A DNA stretch of 32,000 nucleotides from Salinarchaeum sp. IM2453 (lineage in GTDB: Archaea; Halobacteriota; Halobacteria; Halobacteriales; Salinarchaeaceae): contig NZ_CP081183.1 of assembly GCF_019693215.1 (NCBI RefSeq), positions 343,226 through 375,225 of the forward strand. Reading direction: 5' to 3'. The notes beneath the pieces were generated by a model. That model searched no databases. It saw only the letters and a program-made list of their open reading frames with translations, and was not told the origin of the DNA. Shown piece after piece: positions 17,174 through 26,179 of this stretch. A program made the position numbers and the translations under genes. How positions within the stretch are numbered: the stretch's first letter is position 1; the number at the start of each line of letters is the position of its first letter.

Positions 17174-18283
17174 TCACTCCGGTCCCACTAACCGCGTTAC
17201 CGCCTCATCCAAAATCTGTGCTGCCTCATGGAGTTGATTAACAGGCACGTACTCTCGTTGTGCATGTGCGACAGGGCCGTGTTCGTCTGCGAGAACACCA
17301 GGGCCAAAAACAACTGTTGGTGAATGAGCCGCAAAATATGATGCTTCTGTTGCAGCCCCAAATGGTCGAATGTCGCCACCAGAGACATCTGCAAGCGTCT
17401 TCGTAAGCTGGTTCTCTGGAGATGTGGAAAACGCTTCAAGGAAAGGCCCTTCACGGTCAGCCAAGGCGGCAGTCACACTAACCCAGTCAGGCGCATGTGC
17501 TCGCAGGTGAGTCCTAAATGTCTGTTCAAACTCATCGGCTGATTCTGGGGGGACACTACGGCGATCGAATTCGATTACACAGCGTTCTGGGATCTGGTTT
17601 CGAGCTTCCCCACCAGAGATAACAGTCGGTGTGAGCGTTGGTTCACCGAGTGACTCGTGACTCCCTGGACCATATGTGGTATCATACGAGTCTATTGCGT
17701 CGACAATCGGTCCAACAGCGCGAATGGCATTACGACCAGCGTCCGGTTGGGCAGCATGCGCGGCCTCGCCGGTAATCGTGACCGTGCCTTCAAACTGTCC
17801 ACGAGCGGCATGACAGACATCCAAATCGGTCGGTTCACCAACAATGACTCCGTCTGCATCAAGCGTTCCTTTGAGTGCTGCTGCACCTGCCTGTGTTGTT
17901 TCTTCGTTAGGAGTTAGTGCTATCGTAAGTTTCCCATCTGTTGGAGATGAAGAAAGAAATGCATGAAGTAAAGCAGCAAGTGGGCCCTTAGCGTCACATG
18001 ATCCTCGCCCTTTCACGACGTCCCCTTTGATGTCTGTATCTGGGATGTTATCAGCTGTACTGTAAGGAACATGCGGAGGAACAGTATCTAAGTGTGTGTT
18101 CAAAACGAGATGATAACCAGATTCTGCGCCTTTCGTAGCGACAATGTTCCCATGTTCATCAGTTCGAGGACAAATACCAGCTGACTCAAGCGTGTTAATA
18201 ATCAGTGACTGCATCTCCTCAACGCTCTCATGTGATGGGGTCTGAACTGCTTGAGCGTGAAATGATTCTAAATCAAATGTCAT
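17174..18283 (-). CDS. dapE: M20-family metallopeptidase, probable succinyl-diaminopimelate desuccinylase
   Basis: 369 aa. ArgE/DapE/ACY1 motifs are LNTHLDTVP and GRGSCDAKG. Its start overlaps the lysA stop by 4 nt and it sits in a dap/lys neighbourhood. Assigning it as DapE rather than ArgE-like rests on context only. Confidence 0.7.
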   Translation of the reverse strand: MTFDLESFHAQAVQTPSHESVEEMQSLIINTLESAGICPRTDEHGNIVATKGAESGYHLVLNTHLDTVPPHVPYSTADNIPDTDIKGDVVKGRGSCDAKGPLAALLHAFLSSSPTDGKLTIALTPNEETTQAGAAALKGTLDADGVIVGEPTDLDVCHAARGQFEGTVTITGEAAHAAQPDAGRNAIRAVGPIVDAIDSYDTTYGPGSHESLGEPTLTPTVISGGEARNQIPERCVIEFDRRSVPPESADEFEQTFRTHLRAHAPDWVSVTAALADREGPFLEAFSTSPENQLTKTLADVSGGDIRPFGAATEASYFAAHSPTVVFGPGVLADEHGPVAHAQREYVPVNQLHEAAQILDEAVTRLVGPE

Positions 18284-19506
18284 TGTGCTTCTTCCTCCAC
18301 ACGAAGAACATCATCAAGTGTCTCACGGCGGCGAACGACATCACCGGAAAGTGTTACTTCTGCTGGACGGGGCTGTGAATGGAACTGACTGGCTAATTCA
18401 TAACCATATGCACCTGCATTCCCAATGGCAAGAATGTCATCTCGAGTTGGCTTCGCAATTGGACGATTTGTAGCAAAGACATCTGCACTGGTACAGCATG
18501 GGCCCCCAATGGAGACAGGTGAGTTTTCACGATTAGGTGCGGTTATATTTCGAATTGGGTGATATGAGCCAAACATTGCTGGTCGAACGAGTGTAGCAAT
18601 TGAAGCATCAACACCAACGACGGTGGTCGATGGAGCTTCCTTAATTGTATTGACGCGAGTAAGAATGAGTTCTGCGTCAGCAACAATATATCGCCCAGGC
18701 TCAAGTTTGAGCGTTGCATCAAGTCCGTCAACAGCCTCACGAACTCGATCACTTACGACAGCGAGATCAAGCGGAGATTCATCTTCACGATAAGGAACAC
18801 CAAAACCACCACCAATGTCTACGAACTCTAAGTCACCGACAGTAGCAGCTAGATCTGCAACTTTCGCGATAGCTTCGCAGTGTGCATCAAGGTCATCGTG
18901 TAACACACCGCTACCCATGTGCGCGTGTAATCCAACAAGATCAAATTGGTCTCGAAGATCAGCAGCAACTTCCTGAACCTCACCGTATGGGATACCAAAC
19001 TTTGCATCCTTGCCGGTAGCAACTTTCTCATGATGCCCTGTTCCTATCCCTGGGTTGACTCGAATAGCGACACGGCCGTCATATCCGCGTTCGGCCAATC
19101 GGTCAAATGTGTCACGTGCACCGCCGGTAATCGTAAGTCCGGGGTAATCAGCACCAAGCGAAGCAGCATAGTCGAGGTCTTCGGCCGGCGGGTTAACAGC
19201 CGTGTATTGTAGGTTGTTTGGATCAGCACCAGCACGGATTGCTCGCTTTAGCTCTCCTGCAGCAGCACATTCAATGGTTGCACCAGCATCAAGGAGTTGT
19301 GAGAGTACCGCCTGACCGGTGTGTGCCTTTGCAGCATACATTACATCGGCATCCGGAAATGCCGTTGTAAACCGCTTGTAGTTTGCCTCAATTCGGTCTA
19401 AGTCCAAGACGTAAAGTGGTGTTCGGTGAGATTCAGCAAGAGACAGGAGACGATCATGATTCCAGTCTGAAAGACGTTTAACAGACGCAAGTTCTCCAGC
19501 AGTCAT
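18280..19506 (-). CDS. lysA: diaminopimelate decarboxylase
   Basis: 408 aa. It is a PLP-dependent Orn/DAP/Arg decarboxylase fold. The motifs are YAAKA (PLP lysine), GGGFGVPY, EPGRYIVA and the CTSADV region. Confidence 0.92.
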   Translation of the reverse strand: MTAGELASVKRLSDWNHDRLLSLAESHRTPLYVLDLDRIEANYKRFTTAFPDADVMYAAKAHTGQAVLSQLLDAGATIECAAAGELKRAIRAGADPNNLQYTAVNPPAEDLDYAASLGADYPGLTITGGARDTFDRLAERGYDGRVAIRVNPGIGTGHHEKVATGKDAKFGIPYGEVQEVAADLRDQFDLVGLHAHMGSGVLHDDLDAHCEAIAKVADLAATVGDLEFVDIGGGFGVPYREDESPLDLAVVSDRVREAVDGLDATLKLEPGRYIVADAELILTRVNTIKEAPSTTVVGVDASIATLVRPAMFGSYHPIRNITAPNRENSPVSIGGPCCTSADVFATNRPIAKPTRDDILAIGNAGAYGYELASQFHSQPRPAEVTLSGDVVRRRETLDDVLRVEEEAQ

Positions 19507-19586
19507 TAGTTAAGATTCGGCAGTCAAATGATTGAATGTGTTGATACAGGCAGTAGGTTATTATCGTCGAGTGCTTACCTGAGCAT

Positions 19587-20507
19587 ATGTCAATCGATAC
19601 TTCTGGGATTCATCACGTAACAGCAATTGGAACAGATCCGGCACGAAACAGGCGTTTTTATACCGAAACACTCGGATTGCGATTGGTCAAGCGTAGCGTT
19701 AATCAGGATGATACGTCAGTGTGGCATCTTTTTTATGGAGATTATGAGGGATCACCTGGTACAAGTATGACTTTTTTCCCATACACAAATGCGAGGAGAG
19801 GTCAAGTAGGTGCCGGACAAGTCAGCACAACCGGATTTTTGGTTCCAAAAGCATCAATCGAATACTGGCAGCGACGGCTCGAGGAACACGGTGTAGATGT
19901 TGGGAGTCCAACTCATCGATTTGATGAGACTGTGTTAGAGTTTGAAGACCCAGATGGATTACAGTTGGAGCTTGTTGGCCGCGATGACGTGCCGGCTGGC
20001 AAGCCACCCGATGGTCCGGTGCCAAAAGAACATGCGATTCGAGGGTTTTCTGGCGTAACATTACAACTTCAGTCCGCAGAAAAGACAATTGATTTGCTCA
20101 AGACAATGGGCCTGTCCGAAGGGGGAACCGATGGACCCCGACAACGCTTCAAAACAGAAGTTGATATTGGATCAACAGTGGATGTGATTGATAACGTTGG
20201 CCAGCGTGGTATACAGGGTGCCGGAACGGTACATCACGTTGCATTTCGAATTACTCGTGAAAACCGAGAGGAGTGGCGGGAGTTACTCATGGACCAAGGC
20301 CTGCGACCAACAGAAGTAATTGATCGGAAGTGGTTTGAATCAATCTATACGAGAGAATTTGGTGGGATTCTCTTTGAGTTTGCTACCGAGGCACCAGGGT
20401 ATACAGTCGATGAGCCACTGGAAGAATTGGGCGAATCACTGGTACTTCCTGAATGGTTTGCCGACCAGCGAGAACAGATTGAAGCAAACCTCCCGTCTCT
20501 GAATTAG
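19587..20507 (+). CDS. two-domain VOC (glyoxalase/bleomycin-resistance/extradiol dioxygenase) family protein, ring-cleaving dioxygenase-like
   Basis: 306 aa. The N-terminus GIHHVTAIGTDPARNRRFYTETLGLRLVKRSVNQDD...WHLFYGD and a second HHVAFR module resemble MhqO/YfiE-type ring-cleaving dioxygenases. Confidence 0.75.
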   Translation: MSIDTSGIHHVTAIGTDPARNRRFYTETLGLRLVKRSVNQDDTSVWHLFYGDYEGSPGTSMTFFPYTNARRGQVGAGQVSTTGFLVPKASIEYWQRRLEEHGVDVGSPTHRFDETVLEFEDPDGLQLELVGRDDVPAGKPPDGPVPKEHAIRGFSGVTLQLQSAEKTIDLLKTMGLSEGGTDGPRQRFKTEVDIGSTVDVIDNVGQRGIQGAGTVHHVAFRITRENREEWRELLMDQGLRPTEVIDRKWFESIYTREFGGILFEFATEAPGYTVDEPLEELGESLVLPEWFADQREQIEANLPSLN

Positions 20508-20516
20508 CCGTTCACA

Positions 20517-21344
20517 CTACTCCCGGAGTGCGTCCTCTCGCTGAGTACCTTCCAATGTTTCTTCCTCAATGTGAGTGGCAACAACGGCAGGTTTGTACGC
20601 ACCACCCTCAATTAATGAATGCTCTGATACAGAGGATTCAACAAACCGCTGGAATGCACGCCGTTCCGGTGGCAGATGGCCGTAAATGATTTCTTCTTCG
20701 ACAAGGTCATAGACTGGAATTCGTGGCGTAAGAAGCGTATCTTCCCCAACAACAGACCCTTCTCCAACAACGAACCCACTTGTGACTCGACATCCAGCAC
20801 CGATTGTCACGTTGTCTTCGATAATAACCGGGGTATCTTCAACAGGTTCGAGCACACCACCAATAAGTGTATTCGCTCCCAGCTTAACGTTTTCACCAAT
20901 TTGTGCACATGACCCTACGGTTGTACATGAGTCAACAAGTGTTCCGTCATCGACGTGTGCGCCGATGTTTACAAAGCTCGGACTCATCATGATGCAGTCC
21001 GATCCGAAGTACGCTCCGCGTCGGATTGCTGTACCATCGGGTGTATTTCGAGTTCCCTTTGTTTCGAGATCCTCGGTATCGCGGAGAGGGAGGACATCAT
21101 GGTATGTTACATCGCCGTATGTGCGAGGTACAGTGTTTCGAAGGCTAAAATTCAGTAGAATGCCCTGCTTAACCCACTCATTTGTTTCCCATGCCCCATT
21201 TGTTTTCTCTGCAGCCCGAACTGATCCTTCTTCAAGTGCTGCAAGAAACTGGTCTAAAGCGTCTGGTGGATGATCTGGAGCTTCGCCAGCCTGATAGTTT
21301 GACCACAATTCTGAAATCTCAGTTTGGAGATTCGACTCGTCCAT
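20517..21344 (-). CDS. dapD: 2,3,4,5-tetrahydropyridine-2,6-dicarboxylate N-succinyltransferase (hexapeptide-repeat acyltransferase)
   Basis: 275 aa. Left-handed beta-helix hexapeptide repeats are visible (IGENVKLGANTLIGG..., VIIEDNVTIGAGCRV, VVGEGSVVGEDT). It is adjacent to dapB-dapA. Confidence 0.85.
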   Translation of the reverse strand: MDESNLQTEISELWSNYQAGEAPDHPPDALDQFLAALEEGSVRAAEKTNGAWETNEWVKQGILLNFSLRNTVPRTYGDVTYHDVLPLRDTEDLETKGTRNTPDGTAIRRGAYFGSDCIMMSPSFVNIGAHVDDGTLVDSCTTVGSCAQIGENVKLGANTLIGGVLEPVEDTPVIIEDNVTIGAGCRVTSGFVVGEGSVVGEDTLLTPRIPVYDLVEEEIIYGHLPPERRAFQRFVESSVSEHSLIEGGAYKPAVVATHIEEETLEGTQREDALRE

Positions 21345-21425
21345 ATCAGTTCATTATGACGTACGGACAAAACTTTTGACACCTCAGTATCCAAACCAGC
21401 AGAAAAGAAGACAGGATAAGACGAG

Positions 21426-22190
21426 CTATTCAGCTAGAACATCCTGAAAGTCGTACCGTCCAGAAGGTTGATCAGCCAACCAAACGGCTGCATCGACAGC
21501 ACCGGCAGCGAAAACACCGCGATCCTCAGCTCGATGTGTGATACGGAGCTCCTCGTGGTTACCAGCAAGCAGTAACTCATGGATGCCGGTGATATTTCCT
21601 GCGCGAAGAGCGTGGACGCCGATATTGTCTTCCTGCCGTGGTGCATGTCCGGATCGACCATGTGTTCGATCAGCAATATCGCGGGTTGCTTCAATCTCTT
21701 CGAGAATTTGGTTAGCAGTCCCACTTGGTGCATCACGCTTACCATTATGATGTGTTTCGGTAAGCTCAATATCGTATTCAGGAAGGGCGGCAACGACATC
21801 GCTGACGATACTGAAGAGAGTTTGAATACCACGAGCGAAGTTTGCTGCCTTGAGAACTGGAATTGACTGACTTGCTGTCTCAATTTGCTGAGTTCCTGCT
21901 TCGTCAAATCCGGTGGTGCCAATGACAACTGGCGTTGATGTAGTTGTGGCTGCGTCAAGATACTCGCGTGACGCTTCTGGAACAGTAAAGTCGATGAGGG
22001 CGTCGATATCAGCATCTTCAAGAACCGACACTGCTTGGGATGGGTCTGCAATCACACAGTCCTCGCGTTCAATAGACTCAGGACGTTGGGTAAATACCAC
22101 GTCTACTGAGACATTAGATCGGCTATCTGCCTCTTCGATGAGTTCTGTGCCCATACGGCCGGTTGCACCAGTAATTGCGAGTGAGATCAT
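21426..22190 (-). CDS. dapB: 4-hydroxy-tetrahydrodipicolinate reductase
   Basis: 254 aa. It has the N-terminal Rossmann motif ITGATGRMG and the DapB signature ETHHNGKRDAPSGTA. Its start overlaps the dapA stop by 4 nt. Confidence 0.93.
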   Translation of the reverse strand: MISLAITGATGRMGTELIEEADSRSNVSVDVVFTQRPESIEREDCVIADPSQAVSVLEDADIDALIDFTVPEASREYLDAATTTSTPVVIGTTGFDEAGTQQIETASQSIPVLKAANFARGIQTLFSIVSDVVAALPEYDIELTETHHNGKRDAPSGTANQILEEIEATRDIADRTHGRSGHAPRQEDNIGVHALRAGNITGIHELLLAGNHEELRITHRAEDRGVFAAGAVDAAVWLADQPSGRYDFQDVLAE

Positions 22191-23071
22191 GCTTCCAACT
22201 CAGCAAGAATCGCTTCAAGTTCCTCACGGTTTTCTTCCTCAATGCGGGTGAGCGGCAGTCGAAGCCGTGCTGGTCCGTAGTCACGAATCTCCATTGCCTC
22301 CTTGACAGGGATTGGATTAGATTCAATAAACAGCGCACGTGCCAGTGGACCAAGCTCGTGGTGGAGTTCGCGTGCTCGTTCAAAATCACCATCAAGAGCC
22401 GAATGTACCATTTCAACGGTCCGTTCTGGTTCAATATTACCGATCACACTGATTGTTCCTGTACCGCCCATTGAGAGGACGGAAAGCGTCATTCCATCGT
22501 CACCGGATAGCACAGCAAATTCCTCATCGCGTGTTCGTTCGATAATCTCAGATATCTGTCCAGTATCGCCGCTTGCGGCCTTGTATCCAACAATGTTTTC
22601 ATGAGCAGCAAGTTCAACAGCTGTGTCAGGTTCTATATTCTGTCCAGTTCTGCCAGGGACATTATACACGATCTGTGGTAGATCAATTTCGTCTGCGATT
22701 CGCTCATAATGATCAACAAATCCCTGTTGTTCTGGAAGGTTATAATATGGTGAAATCAGAAGTAATGCGTCAGCGCCAACATCAGCACAGCGGCGCGAAA
22801 GCTCGAGTGCTTCGCGTGTATTGTTTGAGCCGCTTCCAGCAATAACTGGAATGTCCTCGACAGCATCAACAACTGCTTCAACAACATCAACGTGTTCTTC
22901 ATGTGATACAGTTGCACTTTCACCGGTTGATCCCATTGGAACAAGACCATCGACACCAGCCTCTTCAAGGCGACGTGCGTCAGATTGCAGTTGATCAAAG
23001 TCGATACTTCCGTCCTCCGTAAATGGAGTTGTCATCGCGGGATAGACCCCGCGGAGTGGGTCAGTTGTCAT
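22187..23071 (-). CDS. dapA: 4-hydroxy-tetrahydrodipicolinate synthase
   Basis: 294 aa. DapA motifs are GVDGLVPMGSTGESATVSHEEH and YNVPGRTG. The size and context fit DapA. Confidence 0.93.
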   Translation of the reverse strand: MTTDPLRGVYPAMTTPFTEDGSIDFDQLQSDARRLEEAGVDGLVPMGSTGESATVSHEEHVDVVEAVVDAVEDIPVIAGSGSNNTREALELSRRCADVGADALLLISPYYNLPEQQGFVDHYERIADEIDLPQIVYNVPGRTGQNIEPDTAVELAAHENIVGYKAASGDTGQISEIIERTRDEEFAVLSGDDGMTLSVLSMGGTGTISVIGNIEPERTVEMVHSALDGDFERARELHHELGPLARALFIESNPIPVKEAMEIRDYGPARLRLPLTRIEEENREELEAILAELEA

Positions 23072-23373
23072 GGTAACTATCTGTTTGTGGGTATGGGTTA
23101 TGTACGATGTGATTGAAACTCGGTGCCAGCAAAACGCACCTCCGACGGGGTTGCTACGCCCGCCACAAGCACAAGCTACTGACCACGTTTACGTTTGAAA
23201 ACAGAGTCGCCGCTCCACCATAAACGAGCTATCAGCGTAGTGGAACGGATCATATCTGTACGAACTGACCGAAGAATGATAAATATTACGAGGTTCAATC
23301 GTGAGGGCTGTTCTCAGATGTCTGTATACGGCGGATTCAAAACGTCTTTGAATAAAGCAACCGCAGTATAGAT

Positions 23374-23946
23374 ATGTTACTAACCGTCTCGGGACCGCCG
23401 GGCAGCGGGAAAAGTACAACGGCAGCTGCACTGGCCGAGCGGTTCGATTTGTCCCACACGAGTGGCGGAGATATTTTTCGGTCTGTAGCAGCAGAGCGTG
23501 GAGTCTCAGTTGGAAGGTTGAATGAAATTGCTGAGGAAGATCCATCAATTGATAAAGATCTTGACCGGCGACTGCAGCAGATTGCTGCTGAAAAGGATGA
23601 TGTTGTTCTTGAATCTCGACTGGCTGGATGGCTGTCCGCAGACCATGCTGCGTTTCGTATCTGGCTTGATGCACCACTGGATGTGCGAGCTAAACGAATC
23701 GCTGAGCGCGAAGACAAAGAGATTGATACAGCACGAATAGAGACGGAACAGCGTGAAGATAGTGAAGCTGATCGATACGAGGAATATTATGACATAAATA
23801 TCAAGGACTTGAGCATCTACGACATTCATATTAATACCGCTCGGTGGGGGCCGGAGGATGTTCCAGAGATTATCGAACATGCAATTGCTCAATACGATGC
23901 AAATGAAGATGAAGGACAAGCCCCGATTAACACAATTGATATCTGA
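23374..23946 (+). CDS. cmk: cytidylate kinase (archaeal type)
   Basis: 190 aa. The P-loop is MLLTVSGPPGSGKST. Small-NMP-kinase size and the classic archaeal cmk-cbf5 adjacency both fit. Confidence 0.88.
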   Translation: MLLTVSGPPGSGKSTTAAALAERFDLSHTSGGDIFRSVAAERGVSVGRLNEIAEEDPSIDKDLDRRLQQIAAEKDDVVLESRLAGWLSADHAAFRIWLDAPLDVRAKRIAEREDKEIDTARIETEQREDSEADRYEEYYDINIKDLSIYDIHINTARWGPEDVPEIIEHAIAQYDANEDEGQAPINTIDI

Positions 23947-23948
23947 TA

Positions 23949-24839
23949 ATGCGCTCTGCACCTGCCGATCGGACGGTCGACGAGCTCTGTTCATTTGGAG
24001 TCATTAATCTCGATAAACCTCCAGGACCATCTGCACATGAGGTTACAGCATGGATTAGAGACATGGTTGGTGCCGATCGCGCAGCACACGGAGGAACCCT
24101 TGATCCTAAAGTAACAGGCTGTCTACCGATTTTACTTGGGGATGCAGTACGATTTGCACAAATCTTTCATCAGACAGAAAAGGAGTACGTCGCCGTACTG
24201 GAGTTACATGATACCCCAACAGGTAATGTTGAGTCAGTGATCAGTGAATTCGAAGCAAACCTATATCAGAAACCTCCGAAAAAGAGTGCCGTATCCCGTG
24301 AGTTACGAACACGAGAAGTATATGAGTGTACTCCAATAGAGATACAGAGTCGGAAGGTGTTACTTCGGATTCGCTGTGAAAGTGGGACATACATTCGGAA
24401 ACTGTGTCACGACATTGGGCTCGCGCTGGGAACAGGAGCTCACATGGGAGATCTGCGGAGAACCACGACAGGGCCGTTTGATGATCGGTCGTTAGTAACA
24501 ATGCAGGAGGTGGCTGACGGGTTGGCATATTGGAGAGAAGGCAGTGAGGACCCCCCGATCAACATAACAGACGTGATAGCCCCTGCTGAGGCTGCGCTGA
24601 CAGAGTTTCCAACAGTAACAATCGCCAGATCAGCAGCACAAGCAGTGCAAAATGGAGCTCAAGTATATGCACCGGGCGTGATTACAGTTGATGAGTCATT
24701 AGAGAACCTCAGTGCTGGTGAGAATCCAACGGTTGTCTGTAAAACAAAGGATGGAACAGCAGTATGCTTAGGAACGCTGGTTGGATCGCCAGACGACGAA
24801 ACGGGGACGGTCGTTAAGTTAGAACGCGTACTGGTATAG
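23949..24839 (+). CDS. truB: tRNA/rRNA pseudouridine synthase Cbf5 (TruB family, H/ACA RNP catalytic subunit) with PUA domain
   Basis: 296 aa. The TruB catalytic motif is AAHGGTLDPKVTGCLPILLG. The C-terminal PUA-like region contains AVQNGAQVYAPGV. It starts 2 nt after the cmk stop. Confidence 0.92.
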   Translation: MRSAPADRTVDELCSFGVINLDKPPGPSAHEVTAWIRDMVGADRAAHGGTLDPKVTGCLPILLGDAVRFAQIFHQTEKEYVAVLELHDTPTGNVESVISEFEANLYQKPPKKSAVSRELRTREVYECTPIEIQSRKVLLRIRCESGTYIRKLCHDIGLALGTGAHMGDLRRTTTGPFDDRSLVTMQEVADGLAYWREGSEDPPINITDVIAPAEAALTEFPTVTIARSAAQAVQNGAQVYAPGVITVDESLENLSAGENPTVVCKTKDGTAVCLGTLVGSPDDETGTVVKLERVLV

Positions 24840-24880
24840 TACGCTGAAATGTATTTTGAAGGCGGGGCTACTGGGAAAAA

Positions 24881-25327
24881 CTAGATATCTTCAAGCACCT
24901 GTTCTGGTAACGCGATAACAGGACGGTCAGCGTCAGTAATAAGCGAGTGCGAAATATCGCCAGTGAGCAACCGAACAAGACGGCCGCTTGGGCGTGGAGT
25001 AAACACGATTGAATCTGTATCAAAATCAGCAGCAGCCTCAATTACTGTATCGGGGATATCGGTGCCATACCGTATCTCAGTATCAATGTCCGTGTCAGGA
25101 AGTTCCTGCTTAAATGCTTCAAATGCTTCGTCCGCGACATCCTCACGTTGAGAAACAGAGGCTGAGTCAATGCCACCGCCCGATTTCTCAACGACATGAA
25201 GGACAATAATTTCGTTTGGATCGTACTGTTTGATGGTGCGTGCGGTACGTTTTGCGTTTTTCTTGCCTACAACCGGTACCAAGATAGACCGGAGAAGGTT
25301 TTCTGATTTTTCGTTCATTGGAATCAC
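24881..25327 (-). CDS. universal stress protein (UspA family)
   Basis: 148 aa. The layout ILVPVVG ... IVLHVVE ... IIEAAADFDTDSIVF ... LLTGDISHSLITDADRPVIAL is typical of USP domains. The start could instead be the ATG three codons downstream. Confidence 0.75.
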   Translation of the reverse strand: MIPMNEKSENLLRSILVPVVGKKNAKRTARTIKQYDPNEIIVLHVVEKSGGGIDSASVSQREDVADEAFEAFKQELPDTDIDTEIRYGTDIPDTVIEAAADFDTDSIVFTPRPSGRLVRLLTGDISHSLITDADRPVIALPEQVLEDI

Positions 25328-25410
25328 CTATGGAAAGTCCGCTTGTATAACTGTTCCTCTAGGTAATGCTGATTCGCATGGCGCATTAAGTGTTGCGAGC
25401 CAGCAGACGG

Positions 25411-25977
25411 TCAGCTTAGTTCATCACGGACACGGTGAACAAGAACGCCACCAGCGCCAATCAGAAATCCGATCACTGCAGCAGTAAACTGGATTGAACT
25501 TACAGATACAAGATATGCAAAGCCACCGGTAGCAATACCACCGAAGATCATCCCAGGTGCACGATGTGTTGGGCCACGGTGGGGAAGCCGATCAAGAAAT
25601 CGACCAAAGCCAATGACACCTAAAACGGCTACTCCCAGAATTAACCCAGCAGAGATTATCTCTGGATCGGTAACCATCTCAGCAGGGGAAAGAGCATTTG
25701 AAAGATAATCATGTGGTGCACTGAGTAGGGCCCAAACAGTAAATCCAGTCGCAAGCATCAAACTAGCGGTCATGGCATATCGTCTAGGTCGTGAGTTATG
25801 ATGGTCCGTATCAGGAAAAACAACCATCACCGTACCACAGGCACTGATAACAATCACAGCCTGTAACCATCCAGTACTGAAAGGAACTGAAGTGAAAATC
25901 GCAAGTGCAACAAGTCCGATAGCTGTCACCGTACCATATATTGTAGCGTCGCGTGAATGCACCGGCCAATTTGCCAT
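25411..25977 (-). CDS. membrane-bound metal-dependent hydrolase-like protein (YdjM/DUF457-like)
   Basis: 188 aa with about 5 hydrophobic helices. The motifs FPDTDHHNS and LPHRGPTHR resemble the D.D.H / HRG.TH motifs of the YdjM/DUF457 family. This was recognised by eye, not by a profile search. Confidence 0.55.
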   Translation of the reverse strand: MANWPVHSRDATIYGTVTAIGLVALAIFTSVPFSTGWLQAVIVISACGTVMVVFPDTDHHNSRPRRYAMTASLMLATGFTVWALLSAPHDYLSNALSPAEMVTDPEIISAGLILGVAVLGVIGFGRFLDRLPHRGPTHRAPGMIFGGIATGGFAYLVSVSSIQFTAAVIGFLIGAGGVLVHRVRDELS

Positions 25978-26179
25978 ATACTAGATGCAAGGACAGCAAG
26001 CCTAAAACAATAGCGAGTGACCAAGAATTGTCTGACAAGGTGGACTACATACTCGCCGCCTTTTGCGGCTCTTTGAGAGTGAGGGACTAGCCTCCAAGAG
26101 TCAGCGGATGGAATCAACAGTCTGTGGATCACCGGTAGTGTTCAAGGCTGTTATACGGATGGAGATGCTATTATTGCTG

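Noticed and set aside
21434-22051. 205-aa same-strand alternative-frame ORF inside dapB, and similar embedded ORFs (e.g. 16077..16556, 11065..11544, 23189..23677, 12805..13281)
   Set aside because: All lie inside genes with unambiguous enzyme signatures in another frame or strand. Their translations are low-complexity or basic.
23270-23340. Possible C/D-box or H/ACA guide RNA near cbf5 (aatgata ... ctga-like strings)
   Set aside because: The C box is imperfect (AUGAUA, not RUGAUGA). No properly spaced D, C' or D' boxes were found, and no terminal stem or ACA-with-hairpin arrangement. This is a coincidental match.
26063-26179. N-terminal extension of the radical-SAM ORF (longest-ORF start at 26063)
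   Set aside because: The extra 39 residues (MRLFESEGLASKSQRMESTVCGSPVVFKAVIRMEMLLLL) are non-acidic and precede the conserved family N-terminus (VTIVDGYVDEP) by far more than expected. The internal ATG at 26180 is preferred. The true start remains unverified.
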